NCBI GenBank assembly: GCA_050084985.1
Contig: JBITNC010000001.1
Coordinates: 125,736,001 to 125,800,000, forward strand
Direction: 5' to 3'
DNA: 64,000 nt
From: Nageia nagi
Taxonomy: Eukaryota > Plantae > Pinophyta
A model generated the notes under the pieces. That model was given only the letters and a program-made list of their open reading frames with translations. It did not search any database and was not told where the DNA came from. Of this stretch, positions 39,391 through 53,777 are shown piece after piece (position 1 is the stretch's first letter; the number at the start of each line of letters is the position of its first letter). The position numbers were made by a program, and so were the translations under genes.

Positions 39391-42300
39391 ACCCCATGTA
39401 ATAACCCTAATTGTTAATTAGGTAAGCATACTATAGTATCAAGACCTACTAATTACATCTAAATAGTCAACCTTAATACAATTGATCACATTTGAATCTT
39501 TCTATAAATAACATATGAATAAAAGGGCCCTTCCTCCCCTGGCTAGTACCCAAAATCCCACTTGTATCATCCTTTCCAAAGTATACCAATCTTGAATAGT
39601 TATTTTTTAGGCTTAATATAGAATAAATAGGGTCATCTACGGCTTCCCATCTCATACTCCCATCATTGAATACCCTCCCCATTCAATTTGAGTTTCCTCA
39701 AACCCATATGTTTTTTTAGTAGATTTCATTGTAACAAGTTTGTATAGAAATACAAGTATCCATATTTTTACACCACAATAGGCATAACAAGTTATTTCCT
39801 AACATCTTGCTTCTATCTTCCTAGATGTGATCCAAGAAGGTTCAATTGCCTATGGAAATAAAGAAAGAAATATGCATCTAGCTTGATAATTTTCTTGGGC
39901 TGCCCTTTTCCATATAATTATAGGCTAAACTTGCTCCCCATCAGGTCATTCATAGGTTAGGTGTGGACTATTCTTATTTAAGTAATCTAGTTATTTTCAT
40001 CATAGCTTTTAATTTATTTTGAAGTGAAAGTTGAATCATTATATAGAAAGGGGGAGAGCCTCAACTATTTAATACATATTAAGAAGTTGTTGGCCTTTTT
40101 ATCAAATAGTAACGGGAAAATAATCCCACACCCTTTTATATCTCTCCCAGATTCTTAGTTGAAGAAAATGTTGTATGCTCATTGTGAAATCCAAGAAAGT
40201 CCTATATTAGGAGATGATTTATTTATTTAACTAACAAAAGACTCCCTAAAATATTGGTTTCATTATCTATTGGTTTCATTTTAGAATCTCTTAAAAAAAA
40301 GGGGTAGAATAAAGGGACTATCGATCCAAAGGCATAATTACAAGCAATTACTATATGAGGGGGAATGATGAAAGTGGGCATAGTCAAAGAACCCTAGAAT
40401 CAGGAGAAAGTAAGATCATTAGCTTGTACCATGAGTTACTATATATCATTGCTTGGACATATGATTACTCAAATCAAGTTTAATTAACATCTCATAATTA
40501 AAACTCAAATTATCATTTCTACTTATCTCGTATTAATTGAGTAAAAGAATAATTCCATTCATATCTCATCAAACAATAATAATGTACATAATTTTTCATA
40601 CAAATATGTTATTAATTAAATACATATTTAATCATTATAATATAACACATCCTAATCTAATTCATAATACCTTCTATTAATAAATTCATTCATATGATTT
40701 ATCTCAATGTATAAAAAATCCATTCTTCCTTTACTCTAACACTAGATAATAATTTAACTTCAAAATATTAATAAAATATAGATGATGGCATATAGTCATT
40801 ATTAAGAAAATAGATCCCATCTAAAAATAGTGAGGGTGGGTAATGTGGAAGCTTCTATGCCAATATAAATGTTCCAATATTGGTACATGCAAGTATAACT
40901 TAGATAAAGTTTCTAAGAAGACTTGTTATTTATATGTAAATACATACTTAGTTATGCAATAACATTTTAACATTTCTCCATTCTCTATGACTTAATTAGA
41001 CATGATTATATGATTTGATTACTTTATTATTTAAGAATCAATTTAATATTTATAGTGAAATGTGAATTTAGCTTTAGAATGAGCAAATTATAAAGTTTGT
41101 ATTTCACAATAATCAAGGAGGTTACTTGCATATATCATAACACTAAGTAGAGGAAGATCTTATAAAGCTTGTCTAGGGTGAAACATCCATCTTTAGGCTA
41201 CACTAGATTGAATCAAGAATTTTCTATTCCTTATGCATTAAATAAGCTAGAAGATATTTGAAGTTCAGAGCATGATTTTCAATCTTAGAGACTCACCAAA
41301 ATGAGGATGTAGGTGAAGGTTTTACTGAGTATACCTTCATAGATCCCTTGCATTACAGAGAAATGATTTTATAGGTCATTCTATTATATTAAAGAATACT
41401 TCATTTATCATAATATTGAAGGTCAATATCAAAAGGAAATTGTGTAATCAAATTTAAGATCATATTATCTTTATTTTACAAGATATTCGATCATAGCCAT
41501 GTTTTTGGCTTGAGGGCAAGTCTAGGTAAGGAGATACTATTCAAATAATTTGAATGAGAATGGAAGCTATTCACTTCAGATGTTCTCTTGTCAAAAACAA
41601 TAAAAATAAAGCTAAACCATTGAGTTGTTAGGATACTATACTTAGTCTATTGCATGGTGAGATATAGATGACTCATATATTTAGGCTAATAATGGTTTCA
41701 ATATTTAAATAACAATTCAAAATGTAATAAGGGAGGAAAAATAATATTTTCAAGAAAATTTTCAATTTATGTATAAAAGACCTGTTGGAGAGCCAATATA
41801 GTGGTAAATTAGAATGCATTCAAAATAAATACAAGTGTCAACCCTTTGTTCTCATCCAAAGTATGAATCCCCTCTATGAATTTAATTGACTCAACCTTAT
41901 AATTTCAACCCTTCAAGTTTCAGATGAAATTAAGAGAGTAATTTAGTTTAAGGAATCCATTATTCTCATATGTGTATACTCTTGACTTGTAATGTGACTA
42001 AGAGGATTCCCATTAGTAACAAAAGAATAAAATACAAGCATTTCATGCCATGTTAGGATACTCCTATGATGGTTACTTCAAATAGAATACTTCTCTTTTA
42101 GTATGTCTTTTATTCTATTCACAAAACTACACACAAAATGTCCAAAAAAAGTACCTTGCCTTTCTAATTAAAAATCAATACATCCTATGATTTTAAAAAA
42201 TAAATAAGATAAGGCCAATGGTATAAAAATAAAATAGTACCTCAATATTACCATAAAATCAAATTAATATTAGTTATCAAATAAGCAAATTTGAAAGTTT

Positions 42301-43539
42301 AGCATTGAAAGCTAAAATTAGAAAAAGCATATGGAATTTAAAATTGGATAATTGAGAAGAGATGAGCTCCTTTACTCATAGAACCCAAAGACAAGAAGAG
42401 AGAACCTTTGTGTGTGTATATATTTTATTCAAATTACTTGATGTATTTATAGGTAAAAACTAGAAATTTCAACACTAAAGGTTAAAACTTAAAAAGAGCA
42501 CTTGGAATTTAAAATTGGATAATTGAGAAGAGATGAACTTCTATCCTCATGGGACCTAAAGAAAATAATATAAAAAGGTATGTGTGTGTTTTTTTCAAAG
42601 TAATTAAGGTATTTATAGGGAAAAATTGATATAATAGTCCCAAATAATTTACTATTGAGCCACCTCAATCTTTTTTCTCATGGGAGACATGAGAATTTTA
42701 TTTTTGTGGTGGAATTTGTTCAATTTTTGTTTGTAAGCCTAAAGGCTCAAATAGTTCCTTAATTATTTTATACACCTCATGTAAAATTCCAAGGTATATG
42801 GGGAGGTAAGATATTTAGGTTATAGGGTAGACTAATAATTCCTTGCCACGTCATCCCTAGATAAAATATTTTTCACCCATCCCTAACAATTATTGCAAAT
42901 AGAAACAAAATACCTTAGTGAAAAATTAATTGTAGGTATATAAAATATTTCATTGTAATATTTAATATAATTAATTAATTTTCTATATAAATTTAAAAAT
43001 ACACAATAATTATTTTTGCACAATTTTACCCATGGAGACTACCCATCCTACATGGTAAATTTTGTTAGTACATACACAAACTTCATAAACATCATAGGGA
43101 TCATGTTTCATGCATAAAAATCAAGAAATAAAACTATATGATTTATGGTAGTCCTTGTGGCCTATCAATGATTCAATGACCATTCATTTCCTCACTCTTA
43201 CCAATCTATTCCTATAACCAACTCAAATTTGGTTCACTTGGATCTCTAATCTGAATACCACATTGAGTCAACTTGTAATATATGTCATAACAACCTCAAA
43301 GCCAACATCAAACTAAAAAAATTTCATATATATCCATTCATAGTACATATCATAATATAAATTATCTCAATTCAAATTCAAATTTCCTAAGAGTATTCGA
43401 GTCACTACAAGTGTAACTAGACAAGTCATCACATACTATCTCCTTAAAAAGGAACACAATCTTATGTGTTCTTACATAATACAAATAATATATTTCATTA
43501 ATGTTTACATAATTAGTCAAAAAAATAATAAAATTATCT

Positions 43540-46500
43540 TTTCATGATAGATACGTACTCCGTACTTGTCCCATTATATTAGACATTCATTTATCTCCCT
43601 ACTCCTTAATTTCCTAATACTAAAAGATAGGATTTTACAAGGATAACTTCAACAACTTGAAGGTATGACATCTACAAGTTAGAAAAATCCAACACATGAG
43701 AAGGGCAAATAACATATTTTCTCAACAAAGAGACATGAAATCCATCATTCATATTTGAAAAACTTGTTGGTAAGGCAAGTTTGTAGCTAATTGGACTCTT
43801 CTTTTTGACTATCTCAAAAGGATAAACAAATTGGGGATCCAATTTAGTAGAATTTATGAAAATTTTCATGGGTCAAACTCGTAAGAATACTTTGTCACCC
43901 ATAAAAAATTCTTGAGAAGTTCTCTTAAGATCAACATAACTCTTTTTATGATCAATAACTTCTTTAATCTTCTATCATATTAACTTGAGTTGCTCCTTCA
44001 TTTGCTTTAACATATTAGGTTGGATCATCACCCCATCCCCCAATTATCTCAAGATAAAGGAGTTCTACATCTCCTTTCATATAGAGCTTCAAATGGTGCC
44101 ATTCCCAAGGATGAATTGTTTCCATTATTACAAGCAAACACAACTAAATATAGGTAGTACACCCATTTAGTATTATATTTCATGCAATACATTATGAGCA
44201 TGTATTCAACAACTCTATTTATATGTTCATATATCCATATTTCTTTGGATAATATGTTTAACCCATATTTAATTTTATTCCCAATACCTTATGTAATGAT
44301 TTCCAAAAGATAAAGGTGAACTTTGAATCTCTATTTGAGATGATCACCTCTAAATATCATGAAATCTGAAGATCTCATATGTAAATTTATTTACTACATT
44401 AGAGGTATCATAAGTGATGTTTCTAGGTATAAAGCATGCTAACTTTATCAATATATCAACCACTACCAAAATTGAGTCATGATAGAACCTAGTTTTTAGA
44501 AAACCAATAATCAAGTCCATCAAAATTACTTACCATTTCTATGTGGGAACATCATGTGGATACAAATATAAACCTGGATGTTGATACTTTACCTTTATTT
44601 TTTATATTAAATAAATTTAGGCCTAAACTCTACTATGTCTCTCTTAATACCATCCAATAACATTTTTGATTTAGGTATTCCCTCATTTTCATACCTCTAG
44701 GATGTGCCACATATGCAGATCAATGGGCTTCTTGGATGATCAAATTTATTAAATGATCCTTCTTAGGAATGATCAATCTATCCTTAAAATAAAGAATTCT
44801 ATCTTTTTTAGCAAAATCTTGAGATGATGGGATACCTTCGTCATCAATTCTAAAATATATTCATAATAAATATCTTCTTGTTATAGGTCCTTTACTTTAT
44901 CAAACAAATAAAATTGAATTACATGGCTTTGATATTTCATTTATGATGTAGGGTATCTTCCACCTTATTCTCTTTCTCTTTGATACATTCAATACCAAAG
45001 TTATATTTAGCTAGGAACTCCATCTATCCCCTTTACCTGGAATTTAAATCTAGGTGAGTGAATAAATATTTAAAACATTGATGATTTGTCTCAAGTTTGA
45101 AAGTCTTTCCTAAAATATTATACCTCCATATATTTAATTCATTAAGTACAACTACAAACTCAAGATCATAAGTTGTGTAATTCATCTCATAGGTTCTCAA
45201 TTTACTATATTCAAATGTTATTGATTTACCATTTTCTAAAAGAAAACCACCCAATCCTTCCAATGAAGCATTTGTGCATAGTGAAAAATCACCATGTGAA
45301 TTAGGGATGGTGAGTATAGGTACCATAGTAAGATTTTCTTTTAGGATAGCAAACTATCTCTATGATTTTTATGTCCAATTGAAAACTTTATTCTTTTTCT
45401 CAAGGTTGGTTATAGGATTGGCTATTTTTGAGAAATCCTTGATAAACCTTTGATAATAGCTAGCTAAACCCATAACACTTATTAGCATATTCACATTTGT
45501 TATTGCATGAAAACTCATTATTGCTTCCACATTTTTAGGATATATTGAGTTCCCATTTGTAAAAATGATATGGCCTAGATACTGAATTTGTGAGACATAA
45601 AATTTATATTATGATAATTTTTCATATAATTGATTTCTCCTTATTATTCTAAGGTCAAACTTAATTTATGGTTATGTTCCTCCTCATTTCCCAAATATAT
45701 GAGAATATAATCAACAAATACAAACATAAATTTATCGAGATACTCCCAACATACACTATTCATCAGATTCATAAAAGCTATAGGGGCATTGGTTAACATA
45801 AAGGGTAGTACCACAAACTCATAATACTTGTACCTAGTTTTGAAATTTTTCTTATGAGTATCTGATCTCTTAATCCTTAATTGATGATATCTCAATCTTA
45901 ATTCTATCTTAGAAAAGATAGTAGCATTTTTAAGTTGATCAAATAAATCATCAATCCTAGGTAGTGAATACCTATTCTTGATAGTGAGTTTGTTTAGCAT
46001 TTTGTAATCAATACAAAACCTTAAGGTACCATCCTTCTTCTTTACAAATATTATTAGAGTATCATATGGAGATACATTAGGTTTAATCAAACCCTTTTCT
46101 AAAATATCCTACAATTGTACCTTTAACTCTTGTATTTCAATGATATTCATTCTATATGGAGTTATGAAAATAGGCTTTTCTCCAAGTACCAAATAATATA
46201 AGAAATCAAATTCTCATTTTGGAGAAAACTTTGGTAGATCATCAGGGAATACATCTAGGTATTCAAAAAGGGTACTTGTTTAAAACCTCTATATCCTTCT
46301 CATTTTGTTCCACTTGTATAACATTAACTACATAGATCATCTCACTTTTTCTTATGCTTATTTTTCTTTACATGTTTGTGATCAATAGGGTTCAAAAGAC
46401 ACTTAATCACTATAAATCCTAAATCTTGTTTAGGACTCATTAGTGTGTTATTCCATATTTCTTAAAATTTGATTAAGGCTTTGTGAGCCATTAACCAATC

Positions 46501-47700
46501 CATGCCCAAAATTATATCATAATATGCTAATGGAATTACATACAAGTTCAAAATATTAGATCCCTTGGGTAAATCTATTTTAATATACCTATAACATTTC
46601 TAACAAGGTAACTTTTCCTATATCCAAACTCCACTTGCCATCTGTTTATTAAAATTTTTGGTTTCTTAGACATGTCTTTAATTAAAGAATTATAAATGAA
46701 ACTATTTGTAGAAACATAATTTAGTATAATATTAAATGATTTGTTAAATAATTTACCCAAGCTTTGTAGGGAAGTGGCTTGTCCTTTGGTATGTGCTAAT
46801 CTAGTAAATGTAAATATATGGTGCTCTTAAGCATCATTATCTTCAATGGGAATTGTTTGCATAATGGCTCCATGTCATAGTTTGAACATCCATCTCTAGG
46901 AGCCTTCTTCTATTTCAAAAAATATCCTTGGGCATATTCAAATTAACCCTTTTATTTTGAAACCCTTAATGATGGTTCCTAGACTCTTAGCTTACATCCC
47001 ATGGTTATAATTTTATTTTTAGCATTGCTAATTTTTCCTCTCAAAGTTCTTCTTTTTGTTCCTTTTTTTCCAAGTAGCCTTTTCTCAAAATTGGGTGGAT
47101 AAACATCTTTAGGATCATTATGATTATTATCTTTGATCTTATTATTGCTTGGCTGTTGGGCTTGCTATTCTTGCTCCCATCTCAAGAATCTTGCATTTTT
47201 ACTCTTTTGGTAGATTTCCTTAACATTTTCATCTAGAATAATAAAGTTCACAAAGGTTTTCTTAATGTGCATATTGCTCTCTTCTCTATTTACAAGGTCA
47301 TACACTTACTCAAGTATCTTAGGGATTAACACATTTACCACAATCTTGATATTGAGGTCTAGCCTAATAAGGAATATATCAACCTTCATATGATTCTTAT
47401 CTTTAGAAACATATTTAAGTATCCTTATTGTGGTAGCTTTAGAGACTCATGGATCCTTGGTGTAGAGTATAGTGTTCTTCATACTTCCTATCATAATAGA
47501 GTTGTGAGATGAATCTTTTATGAAAGGTTGCAACAAAGTCCTACCACTTGAGATATTGAATCTCATGCTCAATGCAATGTATTAAAAATTATAGGTATCC
47601 CACATGGAATTGGTTTTTGGATACAAGTTCTTCATAGAGAAATATGTCTTTACTTCTTCTAACCAAACCTCAACCTTCTCACCTTCTTCTTACTATTAAA
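43540..47700 (-). pseudogene. Tekay gag-pol remnant (gag, protease, RT, RNase H, integrase, chromodomain-like tail)
   Basis: [63 protein letters not shown]...TYDLE, MNDGFHVSLLRKY. Confidence 0.92.
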
Positions 47701-48222
47701 TTTTGGTATCTATGCTTTCTTGAGATTCAAGGTAATATCCTTCTCAACCTTGTTCTGAATTTGATCATTTATCCCTTTAAGCCTTACTTCTATAATAATA
47801 AGTTGATCCTAGTAAGAACCAACTCATTGATTTAGTAGATTATTGATAATCTCCTACTATTATGCTACTTGGTCTTATAATTCCTGATGGCTTCCTCACC
47901 ATAGTTGTTCCTAGTGGAATGAATTATAGAACCCTTAGTTTCATTACTATTAATTTCTCTTTGAGTGATATTTCTATATTTCATTTTATCACATTATAAC
48001 TTCTAGCATTCCTTCTATTTTCCCTTGCATTAGTATTTACTAGGATGCCATTCATTGCACCTTGATGTAGGTTATGAGAAGCTCTTATTATGTGTATTGG
48101 GAGTGCCATAATATGAGTCCATAAAAGGGTATTGTAATTAATCTCAAGCATAATCATATCAACCTCCTAAACTTTTACATTAAAAGAGTCATGGACCATA
48201 GGCTTGAGATTTTGAACTTGAT

Positions 48223-48234
48223 GCTTTGATACTA
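48223..48234 (-). promoter_or_regulatory. Degenerate tRNA-iMet primer binding site
   Basis: Reverse complement TAGTATCAAAGC, two G>A changes from TGGTATCAGAGC. Confidence 0.8.
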
Positions 48235-48235
48235 A

Positions 48236-51200
48236 TATAACACTTCACTTATTCTTGACTTCATCAAAAGCATAAAAATTAAAACATATTTTTTAATTTA
48301 ATTTTAACACTTAAATGGTCTAGGAATTGATAAGGTGATCCATGTGAGAATGTTAACACTACTAGCTAGTCAGCACCCACATGGTAATATTGATCAAATC
48401 TAGATTAACCAACCATGATAAAAAAAACTTTTTGATGTTCACTTGTCAACACTTGCCCTAGTGGAAGAATCCACATAACTGACCCTACTATTTCCATTTA
48501 CAAATTATGAAATAAACATTTTGGTCACAATATTTTGATTTTCTACTTTAGGCCCATATCACCTAAGAGAACCCTCATCCATAATGTTATACATCCTCAC
48601 TTGATATGTAACCCTCTAAATCATAGGTGTAGATAAATTATCCTAGGAAATATTCCATATGAGATAGGTATGCATCATATCCTATGGAATAATAATCATA
48701 CTCCTCTTTTAATTAATTATAGAAAGTATGACTACTAGTTACCCTCACCAGTAACTGTAGTTTTATCGATTGCTACCCTCATATGACAACCTATCGAGGG
48801 TATGAATACTAACCCACCCATATCTATCACCTAGGCTCACCATGTTGTTCAGAATCCCCATGCCCATATATTAAGGATTCATGGATATCAAAGTAATATT
48901 CATGACTAGTTTATTTAATATAATCATGTTATTTCAAAGGTTATAAAGTAAAAATCATCCCACATTATCATTCCTAGAGATAATTGGTCCCAAACTAATT
49001 ATCAATATTTTAGGTTTGCATGCTTGAATAATACAAGGAGTATGACATTTTTACAATCTAATTACTACATTACAAACAAACCAAATCTCATTATGAATTG
49101 ATGAAATTACATAATAATAAACATACTATCTAAGCAATGGTAATAATTACATAAAATGTGCATAAGAAGATACAAAAAAAATTTATTCATGAATCCAACA
49201 AAGAATATACAATACTACCTTTTTTTAATTATCCCATATGCATGATGTGACAAAAAGAATAATAATTTAAAAGTACAACACTTGCCAAAGAATAATAACA
49301 AGTATTGATATGCTTCTAAAGGATGCTACTCCTAGCAAGGAAGTGCATCATAGAGTGTATCTCACTTAGGAAATATATTTTAGTTGAGATTTTCTTATCG
49401 TCTAACAAACCTATGAAACCACTGGTTTGTCTACTTTCCTTTTCAACCTCACAATCCTAATCATTTAATGATTGATGCATTTTTAAATATTACTTTAATT
49501 TTTGAGGGAATTTAGTATGCCTAACTAATTGTTTCATTTTAACAATCCTTTTTATTAATCCAATGTTATATTCCCATCATTATTCTTTCCAAGGCATTAA
49601 ATCTATTATCAAGGTCTTCACAAATTTTAGACATAACAATTATCTTTATCTCAACATAATATTTAAATGTGAGCTAAGTTTCTTCTAGTTCACATATATA
49701 TGTCAAATTATTACACCAAAATTATATTTAGGTCATGCTAGGATAAAAATAATATAAACTATTATCTTTGAACAATTATTATATAGATTAATTAACAATG
49801 ACCATACTTCTATCTATTGTCTTGGAATCATTTTTTTTCTATACATCATTGATTAAACTATGATATAAGATAATATCATACAATCCAAGGACTTATATAT
49901 TAAACTAATATGTATCTATTTCTAATTCATAACATGTTATATAATTAAATCATAATGACCTTTGTCAAATATTTGGCTTCTTATTTTATAATCTTTCTAT
50001 TTTGTCACTATCATTTGTTTCACCATAACTAGAAAGAATTACTTGTAAAGTTTAATACCATGATATTGTTTCTTCATAATAAGTCATGTTGTAACCCTAT
50101 TTGTTAATTAGATCATCATAATGTAGCAACAAGACCTACTAAATACATCTAAATAGTCAACCTTAATATAATTGATCACATTTGAATCTTTCTATAAATA
50201 ACATATGAAGTTTGATGACATTACCCCATGTTCAATAATATCATAATATTTATTATAAAATAGTCCTAAATATTAAAGAGGTCATGGGATAAATTCATAC
50301 TATGAACTTTTGATAATTACATTTTTGGTCTATAAAATGTTTTACAAATATATTGAGAATATATATTTGTCCACCATTGGGTCTTCATACATACAAAGTT
50401 TGATTTTAAATTTATCACAATTATCATAATAGGTATAGAAATTTGTAACCCTAATTGGTAAGTAGGTTATGGAATACATCAAAATGCTTTATAAGGCTAT
50501 ATTCAACACATTTTTTTCCATGTGAGCTCCCAAATAATTAACATGTGGAGCTTACTAAGTTTACAATTTATAATAGCTCATGTACAAATGTATCATAAGA
50601 GGTCTTCAAATTGTCCTTATTTACTTGATGAATCTTCTTAACATCTCCATATTTCACTTACATCCAAGGGAACTAAGAATTGCCATATGTAAGTACTAGG
50701 AAGGGTTAGGAGTTATTTAAGGATCAAAATAACTCTTTAAAAAAATGAAATGCATCCTAATCCTATATGCAACACATCTCATTCATAATCATAAAAATTC
50801 AAATCTAATAAATGGAATAACAATATTCTATATTGATCTTGATAGGATTTATATCTTATTAAAGACTACCTATCTTCCTCGATCCTGGATTTAATCATCA
50901 CAAGCCAAAATCAAAGGTCATAAATTTTAGTTTAACAAATTCTTGTTACACATAATCTTAACAAGAATGGGAAATAATTATAATTTTAATTACCACCTCA
51001 TAATTAAAAATCAAATGTCCATTTTCACTTATCCTATCTTAATTGAGTAAAAGAATAATTCCATTCATATCTCATCAAATAATAATAATGTACACAAAAT
51101 TTCATACAAATATATTATGAATTGAATACTTCTATAATAACTATAATATCACACACACTATCTAATTCATAATGCCTTCTATTAATAAATTCATTCTTAT

Positions 51201-53772
51201 GATTCATCTCAATGTATAAAAAATCCATTCTTCCTTTACCTCTACCACTAGCTAATAATCTAACTTGAAAATCTTAATGAAATATAGATGATGGTATCTA
51301 GTCATTATTAACAAAAATATATCCCATATTAAAATAGAGAGGGAGGCTAATATGGAAGTTTCTATTCCAATATCAAATTTCTAATACTGGCACATGCCAG
51401 TACACATCAGATAAATTTTCTAAGAAGATCTGTTACTTATATGGGAATACAGCTTAGTCATGTAATAATATTTTCATGTTTCTCCATTGATATGTACCTT
51501 AATTAGATATGATTATGTGAGTTGAATAATATATTGTTTAAGAATCCATTCAATCCTTATAATGAAACGTCAATCCAAATTTAGTACGAACAAATTATAG
51601 AGTTTGCATTTTGTAATAATTATGAAGGTTACCCACATATATCATAAAATTATGTAGAGGTAGATATCCTAAGGACTTTCAAGGTAAAACATCCATCTTT
51701 AGGCTCTGCTAGACTGAATCAAGAAATTTCTATTCCTTACCCATTAAATAGGATGGAATATATGTGATACAAATTTGAATTATAGAGTATGGTTTTCAAT
51801 ATTGAACCTAAGATTCATTAAAATGAGGATGTAGGTGAATAATTTACCAAGTATACCTTCACATACCCCTTGCATTGTAGACAAATGATTTTTTTAGGTC
51901 ACTTTTTCATATTAAAGAATACTTCATTTATAATAATATTGAAGGCGACTATCAAAGGGAAACCACAAAATAAAATTTAAGGTCATATTATAATTATTTC
52001 AAAATATATATGAGCATATCCATGTTTTTGGTTAGAGGAAAAGTCTAACAATGGAGAGAATATTAAAATAATTCAAATGAGAATGGAATCTACTCATTTA
52101 AAGATGTTCTCTTATTAAAAACAATAAAAAAAATAAATAAATTGTTGATTTGTTAGGATAATATACTTAGTCTATTATATAGTGAGACATAGGAGACTCA
52201 TATAATTAGGATAATAATAATTTCAAACATTCAATAGCAAGTCAAAATATAATAAGGGAGGAAAAAAAATCATTTCAAAAAAATATTTCAATTTATGTAA
52301 TAGCAAACCTGTTGGAAACCCAATATGGTGGAAAATAGAAATACCTTCAAAATAAATATAGGTGTCAACCCTCTTTTCTTATTGAATGTATGAATCCACT
52401 CCTAATATTTCATTGAATAGCCTTATAATTTTAATCCTTGAAATTAGATGAAAATAAGGGAGCATTTAGTCCAAGGAATCCACTATTCTCATACAAGTAT
52501 ACCATTGACTTATAGTGTGACTTAGAGGATTCCTATTAATAATAAAATAATAGAATACAAGCATTTTATTCCATATTAGGATGCTCCCATGATTTTTACT
52601 TCCAATATAATATTTCTATTTTACTAACTCTTTTATTCCACTCATAAAACTACACACAAAATGTTAAAAAAAGTACCTTTCCTTTCTAATTAAAAATCAA
52701 CATATCCTATGATTTTAAAATAGAACTAAGGTAAGTATAATGACATAAAAATAAAATAGTACCTCAATATTTCCATAAAATCAAATTAATATTAGTTAAC
52801 AAAATAAAATAACTAGAAATTTTAGCATTAAAGGTTAAAATTTAGAAAGAACACCTAGAATTTAAAATTGGATAATTGAGAAGAGATGAACTCCTATCCT
52901 CATGGGACCTAAATCCAATAAGAGATAGAGGTGTGTGTGTATTTTATTCAAATTAATTAAGGTATTTATAAGGAAAAATTTATATAGTACTCCCAAATAG
53001 TTTACTATTTAGCAACCTCAATATTTTTTCTTGAGGGAGACATGGGAACTTTAATTTTATGGTGGAATTTGTTCATTTTTATTTGTAAGCCTCAATATAA
53101 AATAGTTCCTTAATTATTTAATACACCTCATGCAAAATTAAAAGGTATATTGGGAGGGGAAATATTTATGTTATAGGGTAGACTAATAATTCTTTATTGC
53201 CTCATCCCTAGATAAAATATTTTTCACCCATTCCTAACATTTATTGCAAGTAGAAATAAAATACCTTAGTGAAAACTTAATTTTAAGTAAGTAAAACATT
53301 TTATTGCAACATTCAAGTATATTTAATTAATTTTCCATATAAATTTAAAAAATGTACAACAATTTTTTTTTCATATAATTTTATCTATAGAGACTACCCA
53401 TCCTCCAAAGTAAATTTTGTTAGTGTGTATAAAAAGTCCACAAACATAATAATGATCATATTTTATGCACAACAATCATGAAATGCAACTATATGATTTA
53501 TACTATTCCTTGTGTATTATTATTGATTCAATGGAAATCATTTCCTCACTCTCACTAATTTATTCCTATAGCCAACTCATCTTTGGTTCACTGAATCTCC
53601 AATATAACTCCCATGCTAAGTCAACCTATAACCTGTTTCACAACCTTCTTGAAACCATCAAATACACAAGCATAATCCATCATAATTATATCAACATAAA
53701 TTATCTCAACTTAAATTCAATTTTCTTGAGAGTATTGAATTCATAGCAAGTGTAATTGGGTGGTTCGTTACA
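48236..53772 (-). repeat. 5' LTR (5.5 kb including one insertion)
   Basis: TATAACAC...GTTACA followed by the TSD. Confidence 0.88.
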
Positions 53773-53777
53773 CTAGG

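Larger units (their letters stand above)
36182..43433 (-). repeat. 3' LTR (7.25 kb including secondary insertions and an about 175-bp tandem duplication near 42290-42620)
   Basis: Colinear blocks with 48236-53772. Confidence 0.88.
36182..53772 (-). mobile_element. Full-length decayed Tekay/Del-type Ty3/gypsy element with very long LTRs
   Basis: LTRs at 36182-43433 and 48236-53772. Exact TSD CTAGG at 36177-36181 and 53773-53777. PBS at 48223-48234, PPT remnant at 43434-43446, gag-pol between. Confidence 0.92.
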
